NCBI GenBank assembly: GCA_035476995.1
Contig: DATIKY010000217.1
Span: 1-32,000, forward strand
Direction of reading: 5' to 3'
Length of the DNA stretch: 32,000 bases
Origin: Sedimentisphaerales bacterium
GTDB taxonomy: Bacteria; Planctomycetota; Phycisphaerae; Sedimentisphaerales; Anaerobacaceae
Position 1 is the first letter of the stretch; each line of letters opens with the position of its first letter. A model generated the notes under the pieces. That model ran no database searches. It had not been told where the DNA came from and worked only from the letters and a program-made list of their open reading frames with translations. Of this stretch, positions 13,444 through 23,565 are shown in pieces. Both the position numbers and the translations under genes were made by a program.

Positions 13444-14202
13444 ATGGAAGTGATGGCACAAGGGACTATGAAAACGGTATTCAAGCGGACATCCGTCCTG
13501 AAGGACTGCCCCACGCATTATTGTCCGGGCTGCGGCCACGGCATCGCCCACCGCCTCGTCGCGGAAGTGATCGACGAATTCGGCATCCGCGACCGCACGA
13601 TCGGGATTGCTCCGGTCGGCTGCGCGGTCCTGATGTACAACTACCTCGACGTGGACATGATCGAAGTCGCTCACGGTCGGGCCCCGGCTGTCGCCACCGG
13701 CATGAAGCGAACGAATCCCGACAAGATCGTCTTCTCGTATCAGGGCGACGGCGATCTGGCGGCCATCGGCACCGCGGAGATCATCCACGCCGCTCACCGG
13801 GCCGAACAGCTCACCGTGGTCTTCATCAACAACGCGGTCTTCGGCATGACCGGCGGCCAGATGGCCCCCACCACCATGCTCGGCCAAGTCACCGCGACAA
13901 CGCCCCTGGGCCGTCAATCCGACGGCCAGGGATTCCCCCTGCAGATCTCGGAGATCATGGCCCTGCTTCCGGGGGCGGTGTACGTGGAGCGATGCGCCCT
14001 GAGCAGCGTGCCCCGAATTCAGCAGACCAAGGCCGCGATCAAGCACGCCTTTGAGCTACAGGTCCAGGGGGCTCAAGGACTGTCGCTCGTGGAAGTCCTG
14101 TCCCCCTGCCCGACGTACTGGCGGATGGCCCCCGGCGATGCGATGAAATGGATCGAGGACCACATGAGCAAGGTCTTCCCGATCGGACGGATGAAAGGAT
14201 AA
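13444..14202 (+). CDS. korB: 2-oxoacid:ferredoxin oxidoreductase beta subunit (TPP-binding)
   Basis: HYCPGCGHGI..., ...YQGDGDLAAIG...NNAVFGMTGGQ (TPP motif). I chose the start at 13444, downstream of the alpha subunit stop. Confidence 0.8.
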   Translation: MEVMAQGTMKTVFKRTSVLKDCPTHYCPGCGHGIAHRLVAEVIDEFGIRDRTIGIAPVGCAVLMYNYLDVDMIEVAHGRAPAVATGMKRTNPDKIVFSYQGDGDLAAIGTAEIIHAAHRAEQLTVVFINNAVFGMTGGQMAPTTMLGQVTATTPLGRQSDGQGFPLQISEIMALLPGAVYVERCALSSVPRIQQTKAAIKHAFELQVQGAQGLSLVEVLSPCPTYWRMAPGDAMKWIEDHMSKVFPIGRMKG

Positions 14203-14765
14203 TGGCAACGGACAATCTGTATGAAGAAATGGTCCTGGCCGGTTTCGGCGGCCAGGGGATCGTCCTGGCGGGCAAGCTTCTGGCGCAGACGGCCATGCGG
14301 GCCGGCCTGGAGGTGACGTACATGCCCTCCTATGGGGCCGAGGTCCGCGGGGGAACGGCCAACTGCATGGTGGTCGTCTCCAACCGACCGATCGCCTGCC
14401 CCATCGTCGGAGCGCCGAACTCGCTGGTAATCTGCAACAAAGCGTCGCTCAGCAAGTTCGCGCCGCGCCTCAAGCCCGGCGGACTGCTCATTTTCAACAG
14501 CTCGCTGATCCAGAGCCTGCACTCGGTCCCCGACGGGATCGAAATCGTCGGCGTACCGGCCGAGGAACTCGCCATCGAAGCAGGCTCTCCCAAGAGCGCC
14601 AACATGGTCATGCTCGGCGCGTACCTGGGCAAGCGGGGCTTTCTCAGCCCCCAGCAGGCGGCCGAGGCCCTGCCCGACGTCCTGGCCGAGCGACATCGCA
14701 AGACAATCCCCATGAACGCCGAGGCCCTTCGCCGAGGGGCCCAGCACGTCCTCCAGCAGGCATAG
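14202..14765 (+). CDS. 2-oxoacid:ferredoxin oxidoreductase gamma subunit
   Basis: MATDNLYEEMVLAGFGGQGIVLAGKLLAQ...SYGAEVRGG. The ATG overlaps the beta subunit's TAA (TAATG). Confidence 0.8.
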   Translation: MATDNLYEEMVLAGFGGQGIVLAGKLLAQTAMRAGLEVTYMPSYGAEVRGGTANCMVVVSNRPIACPIVGAPNSLVICNKASLSKFAPRLKPGGLLIFNSSLIQSLHSVPDGIEIVGVPAEELAIEAGSPKSANMVMLGAYLGKRGFLSPQQAAEALPDVLAERHRKTIPMNAEALRRGAQHVLQQA

Positions 14766-14790
14766 CCGCACCCTTGACGATATCCAAAGA

Positions 14791-14840
14791 GGATGCCGAC
14801 GGCAGACGCCACAAGGGCTTGGCCGCCGGCATCCTTTTGT
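14791..14840 (+). terminator. Intrinsic terminator between the convergent oxidoreductase operon and the LamG gene
   Basis: A 13-bp stem with one mismatch, GGATGCCGACGGC (14791-14803) / GCCGCCGGCATCC (14822-14834), followed by TTTTGT. Confidence 0.6.
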
Positions 14841-14879
14841 ATCCGCCGCAGGCAATTTCGCCGCGACGCGATCAAATAC

Positions 14880-17174
14880 CTATGGAAGAAGCTGGATGTC
14901 GTCGATGTACAGGATTCCCTTGGCTCCAGAGCCCTCGACGCCAATCGTCAATGTGCGGACCTGCTTGACGCCGCTGACTTTGGACAGATCGATGCTCCAT
15001 GCGCGCCATTCGGCGCTGGCCAGGTCTGCCGGGGCGCCGTCGTAGGCGACCTTCACCCCGTTGATCTTCGCGTACAATTGCCCGCCGTTGTCTGCGGCGC
15101 CGGCGAACCAGATCGCCAGGGTCTTGACGCCGTGAGCGGTCCAGTCCTGGGCCGAGTCGAAGGTCCGCGTGACCTCCGAGAACGCGAAGGACGTGTTGCT
15201 GTACTGAAGCGGCATCGATTGCCTGCCGCCGTGAACGATTGTCCTCTCGGCGAACGGGGCCTCGCTGTAACCGACCTGCGAACCGCTCTTGCCGTCGGTG
15301 ACGCCGTCGATCCAGGCGTGCCAGATCGTCGCTTCGGCGTCGATGTTGTCGGTGTAGCCTTCGAAGTCGTCAACCACGACAAACGCTTCCGTCGTGAAGC
15401 TCCAGACGTCGCCGGGCGTGGTTCCGGCGGGACCGACTTCATCGACCTTCCAGAAGTACTTCGTCCCGAGGATCAAGCCTGCGGGACTGTAACTGCGATC
15501 ACTGACGCTCTGGCCTGAGACGGCGCCGCCGGCGACCGCGGCACTGTCGGCGCCGACGTACACCACATGGGAGGTCGCGTCCCGGCCGGGCCGCCAGCTC
15601 AGATCGCCCTCGACACTGACGTCCGCAGTTCCATCGGCCGGCTCAGGGCTATAGGCCTGCAACGGCACGTGGAAGAACCGCACCTCGCTGAGGCCCGCCT
15701 GAGCGACCATCCCTCCCCAGTTGCTGTCGATCGACAGCTTGACGAACTTCGCCATGGCTCCGCCGAAATCGATCGTCGTGTTGGCGGTATAGGTCGGCGT
15801 GCCGTCTGCCCTGCCGAACTCCAGCACATCGTCCAACGGCGTCCACGTCTGCCCATCGACGGAGTACTCGATCCGGACGCTCCTGGCGCCCATGCCGATC
15901 ATGCTCTCGACCAACTGGTTGGAGTTCCAGACCCACAGTTCGTGCAGCTTGTAGGTCTTCTCGAACTCGAACTGAATCCAATGCGGCTTGGCGTTGGTGC
16001 TCGTCCACATCTGCGTCGCTTCGGTCGAGTGCTGGTCCAGGTCGTTGAGTCCCGAACCGTTGACGATGTTCTGCACGTTCAGGCCCGGCTGCGTGCTGGA
16101 GGCCTTGGCCGTCACGTTCTTGATCGGGTACGCATAGGGCTCGACCGTGAAACTCCAGGTCAAGCCTTTGAAGATCGTGCTGTCGGGGGCTGCATTGACT
16201 TCGTCCACCCGCCAGTAGTAGGTCTTGCCGTATTCGAGCGTGTCTGCCGGCTGGTACAGGGCGTCCGCCTGATCCTGGCTGACGAGAACGCCTTTCGAGT
16301 CGGACCGGCCGGCTTCGTTGACGTCGTCAAAGACGGTGCCGAAATAGACGTCGTGCGTCGCGGCGAACTGGCCGGCCGTCCAGCTCAAGGCGGTGCTGCG
16401 GAGCACATCCGTCTCTCTGTCCTCAGGACTGGGTTCCTTGGCCAACTCCACGCCGGCGCCGGCAAGGATCCCCTTGAGCTCCTCTGCGGTCAGACAATGG
16501 TTGTAGATCCTGACATCGTCGATCCCGCCGATCCAGTCGCATCCCCAACCATCCGAGCCGATCAGGACCGGGCACGTGCTGCCCGTGATTTGACCCATGG
16601 CGGTCTCGCCGGCCAGTTCGCCGTCGAGGTAGGCTCTCAAGGTCGCTCCATCGTGGGCGCAGGCGATGTGGCACCATTCGTCCCGGTTGAGCTTGCGGCC
16701 GACGTAGGCCCAGGCTCTTGGCGAAGTGTTGAACGTGAACGCCATGTAGGGCTGGGGGCTGCCCCATCCGTACCGTATCTGCCAGCTCCAGCTCGGACTG
16801 GCCGTGCTCAGCGCCTTGGCCATCGGCGCGGTTTCGGTGCCCTTTCCCTCCGGGTCGTCGGCGCCGGGCTTGATCCACAGCGCAATAGAGATCTGGCTCA
16901 GGATGTTCAGGCTGGCATCGCCGCCGCAGTTGATGTAGTCCCCGCCTCCGCCGGCGGCGCCCAGACCGTGAAACTCCAGGGCTGTCCCGAAGACGCCGGG
17001 AATCCAAGTCGGCTTGTTCACGATCGTGCCGTGGTTTCCCTTTCCCGAGGAATCGGCCACCACCGTCCCGCCCCCCTCATTGAAAGTCCAGTGACCGACC
17101 AGTTCCGCCAGGCTTGCACGAGCCATTCCCAGCGACAAGAGACACGCCAGACAACAGAGATACCTCTTACCCAT
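14880..17174 (-). CDS. Large secreted LamG/concanavalin-like plus discoidin (F5/8 type C)-like carbohydrate-binding protein
   Basis: Signal peptide MGKRYLCCLACLLSLGMARA. LVGHWTFNEGGGTVVADSSGKGNHGTIV...ALEFHG is a LamG-type start. ...KPHWIQFEFEKTYKLHELWVWNSNQ is discoidin-like. A strong SD (AAGGAGGA) lies upstream of the ATG at 17174. Confidence 0.7.
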   Translation of the reverse strand: MGKRYLCCLACLLSLGMARASLAELVGHWTFNEGGGTVVADSSGKGNHGTIVNKPTWIPGVFGTALEFHGLGAAGGGGDYINCGGDASLNILSQISIALWIKPGADDPEGKGTETAPMAKALSTASPSWSWQIRYGWGSPQPYMAFTFNTSPRAWAYVGRKLNRDEWCHIACAHDGATLRAYLDGELAGETAMGQITGSTCPVLIGSDGWGCDWIGGIDDVRIYNHCLTAEELKGILAGAGVELAKEPSPEDRETDVLRSTALSWTAGQFAATHDVYFGTVFDDVNEAGRSDSKGVLVSQDQADALYQPADTLEYGKTYYWRVDEVNAAPDSTIFKGLTWSFTVEPYAYPIKNVTAKASSTQPGLNVQNIVNGSGLNDLDQHSTEATQMWTSTNAKPHWIQFEFEKTYKLHELWVWNSNQLVESMIGMGARSVRIEYSVDGQTWTPLDDVLEFGRADGTPTYTANTTIDFGGAMAKFVKLSIDSNWGGMVAQAGLSEVRFFHVPLQAYSPEPADGTADVSVEGDLSWRPGRDATSHVVYVGADSAAVAGGAVSGQSVSDRSYSPAGLILGTKYFWKVDEVGPAGTTPGDVWSFTTEAFVVVDDFEGYTDNIDAEATIWHAWIDGVTDGKSGSQVGYSEAPFAERTIVHGGRQSMPLQYSNTSFAFSEVTRTFDSAQDWTAHGVKTLAIWFAGAADNGGQLYAKINGVKVAYDGAPADLASAEWRAWSIDLSKVSGVKQVRTLTIGVEGSGAKGILYIDDIQLLP

Positions 17175-17560
17175 GGTTTTCCTCCTTCTCTTGCGAACCT
17201 CAAACCGATCCCCTCGACATGCGGGACACACCCCATGCGGAGGGATCGCGCGAAATCGGATTCACCTACCGGCTACCTAAGCATGAAATGTGTGTAGACT
17301 GTACCGCCCCCCTTTCCATTTCGACGCAACAACACCCACAGCGTCCTCATTTCCCGCTCCATTCCATGGCACGGCCTTCCCCCACGTCCGTACTCGGTGC
17401 GTCCGCAGACCTCGCTCCAGAGCCTGCGGAAACAACCCCTGCAACCACTGCGTTTGTTCTACCCGATTTCCCCTCTGCATTCCAGCAAATTCTGCTTGCG
17501 GCCGCCCCAAAGACCTCAAGATTCACAGGAAACCTGCGGCTCTGAGAGTCCTGAAAACCC

Positions 17561-17589
17561 TTGCCTCGCAGGATCGCGTGGACTACAAT
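17561..17589 (+). promoter_or_regulatory. Candidate sigma-70 promoter of clpX
   Basis: TTGCCT-N17-TACAAT, with the -10 element 46 nt upstream of the ATG. Confidence 0.4.
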
Positions 17590-17634
17590 CAGGCAAAATC
17601 GTGTAACAAATAGCGTTCAGAACGAGAGAACAGG

Positions 17635-18906
<1,272 letters not shown>

Positions 18907-18916
18907 CGTGGATGAA

Positions 18917-18985
18917 GGATAACGGATGATTGACGATTGGCGGGAGGTTGGACATCCTCGTCCAATCATCGATCATCCGTTATCC
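18917..18985. repeat. Long imperfect palindrome (24-bp arms with 2 mismatches, 21-nt loop) between convergent clpX and the L,D-transpeptidase gene
   Basis: GGATAACGGATGATTGACGATTGG (18917-18940) / CCAATCATCGATCATCCGTTATCC (18962-18985). There is no U-tract. It may be a bidirectional terminator or a repeat element. Confidence 0.6.
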
Positions 18986-18993
18986 ATGGTCAA

Positions 18994-20121
18994 TCAGTCG
19001 AAGACCTCGACTTGCGAGTAAACCGGGACCAGCAGGTTGTACATCAGCACCACTTCCCCGTTGAACATCCGGATGCAGCCCCGTGAGCCGGCGGTGCCGA
19101 TCTGCTCGGGTTCCTTGGTGCCGTGGATGGCGAAGCCCGTCCTGCCCACCGCCGCCCCTTCTATGCCATCCAGCGCGATCCAGCGCGTGCCCAGAGGGTA
19201 GTCCGGATCGTCCGCTTTGTAGACGCGTCCGCTGTCGGGATCGGTCCATGTCGGTTTGATGAGCTTGCCGCCGTCCTGAACCCGCCACAAGCCCGTCGGC
19301 GTCTCGTAGCCGGGCCGGCCCAGGCCCACTTTGAAGCTGCGGACATACGTGTCCTGCAGGTACAGATCCAGCGTGAAGGTGGAACGGCAGACCTTCGCGT
19401 GAAACGGCCCCTTGACGACCTTCAGAGCCTTGCCCGCCTGCAAGGCCTGCGGACGCGGGATGTTGTTGATCTGCATCAGGATCTCGTGGGGAACCTTGAG
19501 CCGCCGGCCGATGACTTCCAGCACTTCGCCGGAGCGGACCGTGTAGGTGTCGCAGAGTCTGTCGTTCGGGAATGAGGCCGGACCGAAGAGCCACTTGTCG
19601 GCCAGATTGGCCATCTCGGCTTTGACTCTCTCGCGTTGCTGCGGGCTCAACTGCATCTGCAAGACCGCGTTGAGCTTGTTGCGGACCTCGATCACCGCCC
19701 CCGGCTGGCTCTGGATCTGCGACAAGGCCTCTGCGATCGTCGCTTCCGCCTGAGGATTGGCCGGCGCCGCCGGAGCGACGGCAGGCTGGGTGACCGCAGA
19801 CGGAGCAACGACCGCGGGTTCCGGACTCGTCTGCACCGACGCAACAAGCTGCGAAGGCAAAACCGTCGCAGCGGGCGTCGACTCGGGAGTTGTCATGTTT
19901 TGAACGACCGGTCGGGGTGCCGAAGTCGCCGGATTGGACTCCGTAGCCATCGAGGAATCCGGCGCCGGGTTGCCCGCAGTGGCTTCCTGCGGACCGCCGG
20001 ATTGCCCGCGGAACAACAGAAACACCACCGCGGCAAAGAGGATCACCGCCGTGACCAGATATACGCCGCCGCTTTTCCAGCCATGCCGGACTGCGGCCAG
20101 ATTCGAGAACAACCGAGCCAT
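18994..20121 (-). CDS. L,D-transpeptidase (YkuD fold) with LysM domain and membrane anchor
   Basis: TM anchor GGVYLVTAVILFAAVVFLLF. LysM: YTVRSGEVLEVIGRRLKVPHEILMQINNI. Catalytic FAIHGT...GSRGCIRM. SD AAAGGAG lies upstream of the ATG at 20121. Confidence 0.85.
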   Translation of the reverse strand: MARLFSNLAAVRHGWKSGGVYLVTAVILFAAVVFLLFRGQSGGPQEATAGNPAPDSSMATESNPATSAPRPVVQNMTTPESTPAATVLPSQLVASVQTSPEPAVVAPSAVTQPAVAPAAPANPQAEATIAEALSQIQSQPGAVIEVRNKLNAVLQMQLSPQQRERVKAEMANLADKWLFGPASFPNDRLCDTYTVRSGEVLEVIGRRLKVPHEILMQINNIPRPQALQAGKALKVVKGPFHAKVCRSTFTLDLYLQDTYVRSFKVGLGRPGYETPTGLWRVQDGGKLIKPTWTDPDSGRVYKADDPDYPLGTRWIALDGIEGAAVGRTGFAIHGTKEPEQIGTAGSRGCIRMFNGEVVLMYNLLVPVYSQVEVFD

Positions 20122-20122
20122 C

Positions 20123-20704
20123 CTATACTCCTTTCTGCCCGTTACAGTGAACCACTTCCTCATCCGTGACCAGCCACTCAACGGGCTCGTCGCTCTCGGT
20201 CGTGGGAATCGACTCCATCACCTGCTCAGCAAACGCCAACCCGCACCGCGTCGCCGCCAGATCCTTGTTGGCGAAGAACCGGTCGTAGTACGACCCGCCG
20301 CGGCCCAGGCGATTGCCCTTGCGGTCATAGCCCAGCCCCGGCGTCACAACCAGATCGATCTGCCCGAACGGAATGGGCACGCCGGTCGTCGGATTGCGAA
20401 GCCCCCAAGAGCCCGTCGAGAAGCCGGTGTCGAGCGACTGGATCCGCACCGGAATCATGTGCCGTTGCTGCCAGGAGATCTTCGGAACCGCAACCGTCTT
20501 GCCGAGCTGCCAGGCCTGCAGGATCGCGTCGGAGGTGTCCACCTCGTGCGGGAGCGACAGGAACAGCATAATGATGGACGCATTCTGAAAGAGCTCCGTG
20601 GCGACCAGATTGCGGCAGGCCTGGCGGCTCTTTTCCTTACGCTGCTCCGCCGACATGGCGATCAGACAGGCGCGCAACCGGCTGCGCAGCTCAACCTTCT
20701 CCAT
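20123..20704 (-). CDS. 5-formyltetrahydrofolate cyclo-ligase
   Basis: ...IIMLFLSLPHEVDT...DLVVTPGLGYDRKGNRLGRGGSYYDRF, the signature of the family. The start is ambiguous (20704 or 20755). Confidence 0.8.
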   Translation of the reverse strand: MEKVELRSRLRACLIAMSAEQRKEKSRQACRNLVATELFQNASIIMLFLSLPHEVDTSDAILQAWQLGKTVAVPKISWQQRHMIPVRIQSLDTGFSTGSWGLRNPTTGVPIPFGQIDLVVTPGLGYDRKGNRLGRGGSYYDRFFANKDLAATRCGLAFAEQVMESIPTTESDEPVEWLVTDEEVVHCNGQKGV

Positions 20705-22106
20705 GGACGGGTCCCTGGTTATCGTTGTCGTTGGCGTTTTGACACACTCGGCCATTATCTATCAAGGATCGAAGTCTTTGTAAATGCAGCAGGATATTTT
20801 TCTCCCGTCCTGCGTCTTTCGGAACATAGTATGTTTTGGCCGGTCCCGGCAGATACTCCTGCGGCACGAAGCCATCCGGATAATCGTGCGGATACCTGTA
20901 CCCGGCTCCAAACCCGGCCTCCTTGGCCGCCGGATAGTGCGAATCCTTCAAATGCGGGGGCACCGCCTTCACCGGTTCATTCTTCACGTCCGTCGCAGCG
21001 CTCCAGATGGCCGCTGCACAGGCGTTGGATTTCGGGGCGCAGGCAACGTAGATCGCCGCCTGAGCCAGGGCCAACTGCGCCTCCGGCAACCCCACGAATT
21101 CCGAGATCTGCACCGCCGCAGCAGCCAGCACCGTCGCGACCGGATCGGCGTTGCCCACATCCTCGGCGGCACAAACCGCGATCCGTCGGGCGATGAAACG
21201 GGTGTCCTCGCCCCCGGCCAGCATTCGAGCCAGCCAGTAGACGGTCGCATCGGGGTCCGAACCCCTCATGCTCTTCTGGAGGGCGCTGGCCAAATCGTAG
21301 TGCGAGTCCCCCGTTCCGTCGTACAGGACGGCTTTTTGTTGTATCGACTCTTTGGCGGCTTCCAGATGAAAGATTATCCGGCCGCCTCCCGCCTGGCGGA
21401 CCTGGCTGAGCACCCCCACCTCCAGAGCGGTCAGCGCCTTGCGGACGTCGCCCTCGGACATCCTCGCCAGAAAGACCAGCGCGTCTTCCTGAGCCTGAAC
21501 GTCGAGCTTGCCGAGCCCCCGCTCGGGGTCGCTGACCGCCCGCCGGAGCAGATGCAGAATGTCCTCGGCGCCCACCGGCTCGAACCGAAAGACCGTGCTG
21601 CGGGATATCAGAGGACCGTTGATGGAAAAGTAGGGATTCTCGGTGGTCGCGCCGATGAGTGTGACGATCCCGGACTCGACGTCGTTGAGCAGCACGTCCT
21701 GCTGGGCGCGATTGAAACGGTGGATCTCGTCGATGAACAGGATGGTCCGCCCCCCGCGGGTGGCCAGTCGATCCTTCGCCTCCGCGATCACGTCGCGGAT
21801 GTCCTTCACCGTGGCCGCCGGAGCGCTGAGGTAGTGAAACTTCGCCTTGGTCTGGCGGGCGATCACCATGGCCAAAGAGGTCTTGCCCACCCCCGGGGGC
21901 CCGCAGAACAGGACGCTGCTGAGCCGGTCGGCCTGAAGCATCCGCGTCAGCAGTTTCCCCGGTCCGAGGAAATGCCCCTGCCCCGCGAACTCGTCGAGGG
22001 TCCGCGGCCTCATCCGGGAAGCCAGAGGCGCCGCCGCGTCGAGGTTCGCCTTCTCCTGGGCTTCGAACAACATCCTGTCGGTTCGACTGTCGTGCATGGT
22101 CTCCAT
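20691..22106 (-). CDS. rarA: Replication-associated recombination protein A (AAA+ ATPase RarA/MgsA)
   Basis: [21 protein letters not shown], Walker [23 protein letters not shown], and the C-terminal MgsA-type helical domain. Confidence 0.9.
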   Translation of the reverse strand: METMHDSRTDRMLFEAQEKANLDAAAPLASRMRPRTLDEFAGQGHFLGPGKLLTRMLQADRLSSVLFCGPPGVGKTSLAMVIARQTKAKFHYLSAPAATVKDIRDVIAEAKDRLATRGGRTILFIDEIHRFNRAQQDVLLNDVESGIVTLIGATTENPYFSINGPLISRSTVFRFEPVGAEDILHLLRRAVSDPERGLGKLDVQAQEDALVFLARMSEGDVRKALTALEVGVLSQVRQAGGGRIIFHLEAAKESIQQKAVLYDGTGDSHYDLASALQKSMRGSDPDATVYWLARMLAGGEDTRFIARRIAVCAAEDVGNADPVATVLAAAAVQISEFVGLPEAQLALAQAAIYVACAPKSNACAAAIWSAATDVKNEPVKAVPPHLKDSHYPAAKEAGFGAGYRYPHDYPDGFVPQEYLPGPAKTYYVPKDAGREKNILLHLQRLRSLIDNGRVCQNANDNDNQGPVHGEG

Positions 22107-22176
22107 TGTAGGACCTCAACAGCTCTCTGTCGAAACCATTTGCCCTGGCGACGTCAAGACCGTGCCACTTCAGGAT

Positions 22177-22205
22177 ATTCTATACCCTAGCCATCTTCTT
22201 TTCAA
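22177..22205 (-). promoter_or_regulatory. Candidate sigma-70 promoter of rarA
   Basis: The minus strand reads TTGAAA-N17-TAGAAT, with about 65 nt of leader before the ATG at 22106. Confidence 0.45.
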
Positions 22206-22473
22206 TGAAAGCCGCCGCGAGGGCCGCGATGCGGCGAAACGAAGACGGTCTCTGCCGCCGACGCCGTGCACGGTACGCCGGATCGCGGCATCGGCACGGT
22301 GTGACATCGGGCAACCAACGCGCGTTTCGGGCATTCAAGCGAAACTCGATGGCCTTCACATAACCCATGCTCAGACAACCAATTACGCGACGTCGCCCGA
22401 TGCGGTAAAACTAGGCAATCCACATGCCGTCACTTCAGATTCCCCTCCTTACGCACGGAGACGTCCTTGCGCC

Positions 22474-22500
22474 AAAAAAAACGCAAAAAGCGTTTTTTTT
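22474..22500. terminator. A/T-rich perfect hairpin flanked by A- and T-runs (terminator-like, no obvious gene upstream)
   Basis: AAAAAAAACGC-AAAAA-GCGTTTTTTTT: an 11-bp stem of which only 3 pairs are G:C. It sits immediately upstream of a promoter-like TTGATT box. Confidence 0.3.
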
Positions 22501-22502
22501 GT

Positions 22503-22531
22503 TTGATTTCTGGCCCCCACTTTTCTACACT
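22503..22531 (+). promoter_or_regulatory. Candidate sigma-70 promoter giving a ~175-nt leader for the first beta-barrel gene
   Basis: TTGATT-N17-TACACT. Confidence 0.35.
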
Positions 22532-22710
22532 GCTGCGAATGCCAGTAGACAGGGTGTAGGTTCTATCCTTACGCCTCGGAGGTAATCGAGAAGGGCAGAA
22601 TGAAGATCGACCGGCGTATGAGGCAGATTTCGGTTCTTTGGTGTAAAGAGTATAGGTGTGGTTGGCAACCCGTAAGCCAGTGTGAGTGACACATTTGAAA
22701 GGGGAGTATC

Positions 22711-23241
22711 ATGAAACGTGGTTTGGTTGTGCTGTCAATGGTAGGGTTGGTGTTTGCCAGTGTGGCGAGTGCTTCTGTGCAACAGGGTGACACCGAGCTC
22801 GATTTCCTCGGCGGTTTTTTGACCCAGAACGGCGATGACGGAGCGGCGGATCTCGACGCGCTGTTCATCTCGGCTGCACTCGGGTATTTCTTCACCGACA
22901 ACATCCAGGGCTCCGTGGTCGCGTTGGGCGCCTGGACGGAAGTTGGCGGCGTCGACAATGACGTGTACGGCTTCGGCGTTCGGGGCAAGTACCACTTCAT
23001 GCCCACGAATCAGTGGGTGCCTTATGTCGGCGCGCAGCTTCTGTGGGTCGAGGCCGACAGCGACGGTGGTGCAGATGGCGACGGCATGCTGTGGGGTCCG
23101 TTGGCCGGTCTGCGGTATGAGCTGAACGCCAACAACGATTTCTTCGTCGAGTATCAGTACCACCTGTGGGAAGGCGATGCCGGCGACGCGATTGATGACG
23201 GTCACGGCATCTTCGTCGGTCTGATTCATCAGTTCAAATAA
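22711..23241 (+). CDS. Small outer-membrane beta-barrel protein (OmpW/OmpA-barrel-like), paralogue 1
   Basis: Signal peptide MKRGLVVLSMVGLVFASVASA, alternating hydrophobic beta-strand pattern, and C-terminal ...GIFVGLIHQFK with an aromatic residue near the terminus. SD AAAGGGGAG. Confidence 0.65.
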   Translation: MKRGLVVLSMVGLVFASVASASVQQGDTELDFLGGFLTQNGDDGAADLDALFISAALGYFFTDNIQGSVVALGAWTEVGGVDNDVYGFGVRGKYHFMPTNQWVPYVGAQLLWVEADSDGGADGDGMLWGPLAGLRYELNANNDFFVEYQYHLWEGDAGDAIDDGHGIFVGLIHQFK

Positions 23242-23302
23242 GATGTGAGCACGTCTCCATTGATGCCATTGAACCGCATGTAGCTCCTGCGGAGCAGTAA
23301 AC

Positions 23303-23345
23303 AAAAAGCGTTGCGAATTCGAAAGGATTCGCAACGCTTTTTTTG
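23303..23345. terminator. Bidirectional intrinsic terminator
   Basis: Perfect 12-bp stem AGCGTTGCGAAT (23307-23318) / ATTCGCAACGCT (23327-23338), preceded by an A-run and followed by TTTTTTT. Confidence 0.8.
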
Positions 23346-23565
23346 TGCGAAGCCCTCAGTGTCGGTGCTTTGAGGCGTAGGAATCGCATCCCGAGTTATC
23401 GGCCCTTCCCCTTCCGACGTCCTCGCGGGATTTCCAGGTGAAGCCCCCCTGTCGTGTGGCCGATAAGAGAATCGCACGGGCTCAGGCGCGCCCGGATTCC
23501 GTGATCGGCGCGCGATCCCAGTCGGAATGGGGCTTCGTTCAGTGTGTCTTGAAAGGAAAATAGCG

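Noticed and set aside
12312-13514. 400-aa minus-strand ORF opposite the alpha subunit gene (and 13396-14046, 14073-14855 opposite beta/gamma)
   Set aside because: Shadow ORFs. The plus strand encodes canonical oxidoreductase subunits.
15567-17297. 576-aa plus-strand ORF opposite the LamG/discoidin gene
   Set aside because: Shadow ORF with Arg/Gly/Asp/Val-rich low-information sequence.
22096-22506. 136-aa plus-strand ORF (and 22180-22368, 22202-22423 on the minus strand) in the rarA-OMP intergenic region
   Set aside because: The ORF starts inside rarA, crosses the rarA promoter, is Arg/Pro-rich without motifs or an RBS, and ends in the translated A/T hairpin (KKNAKSVFFV).
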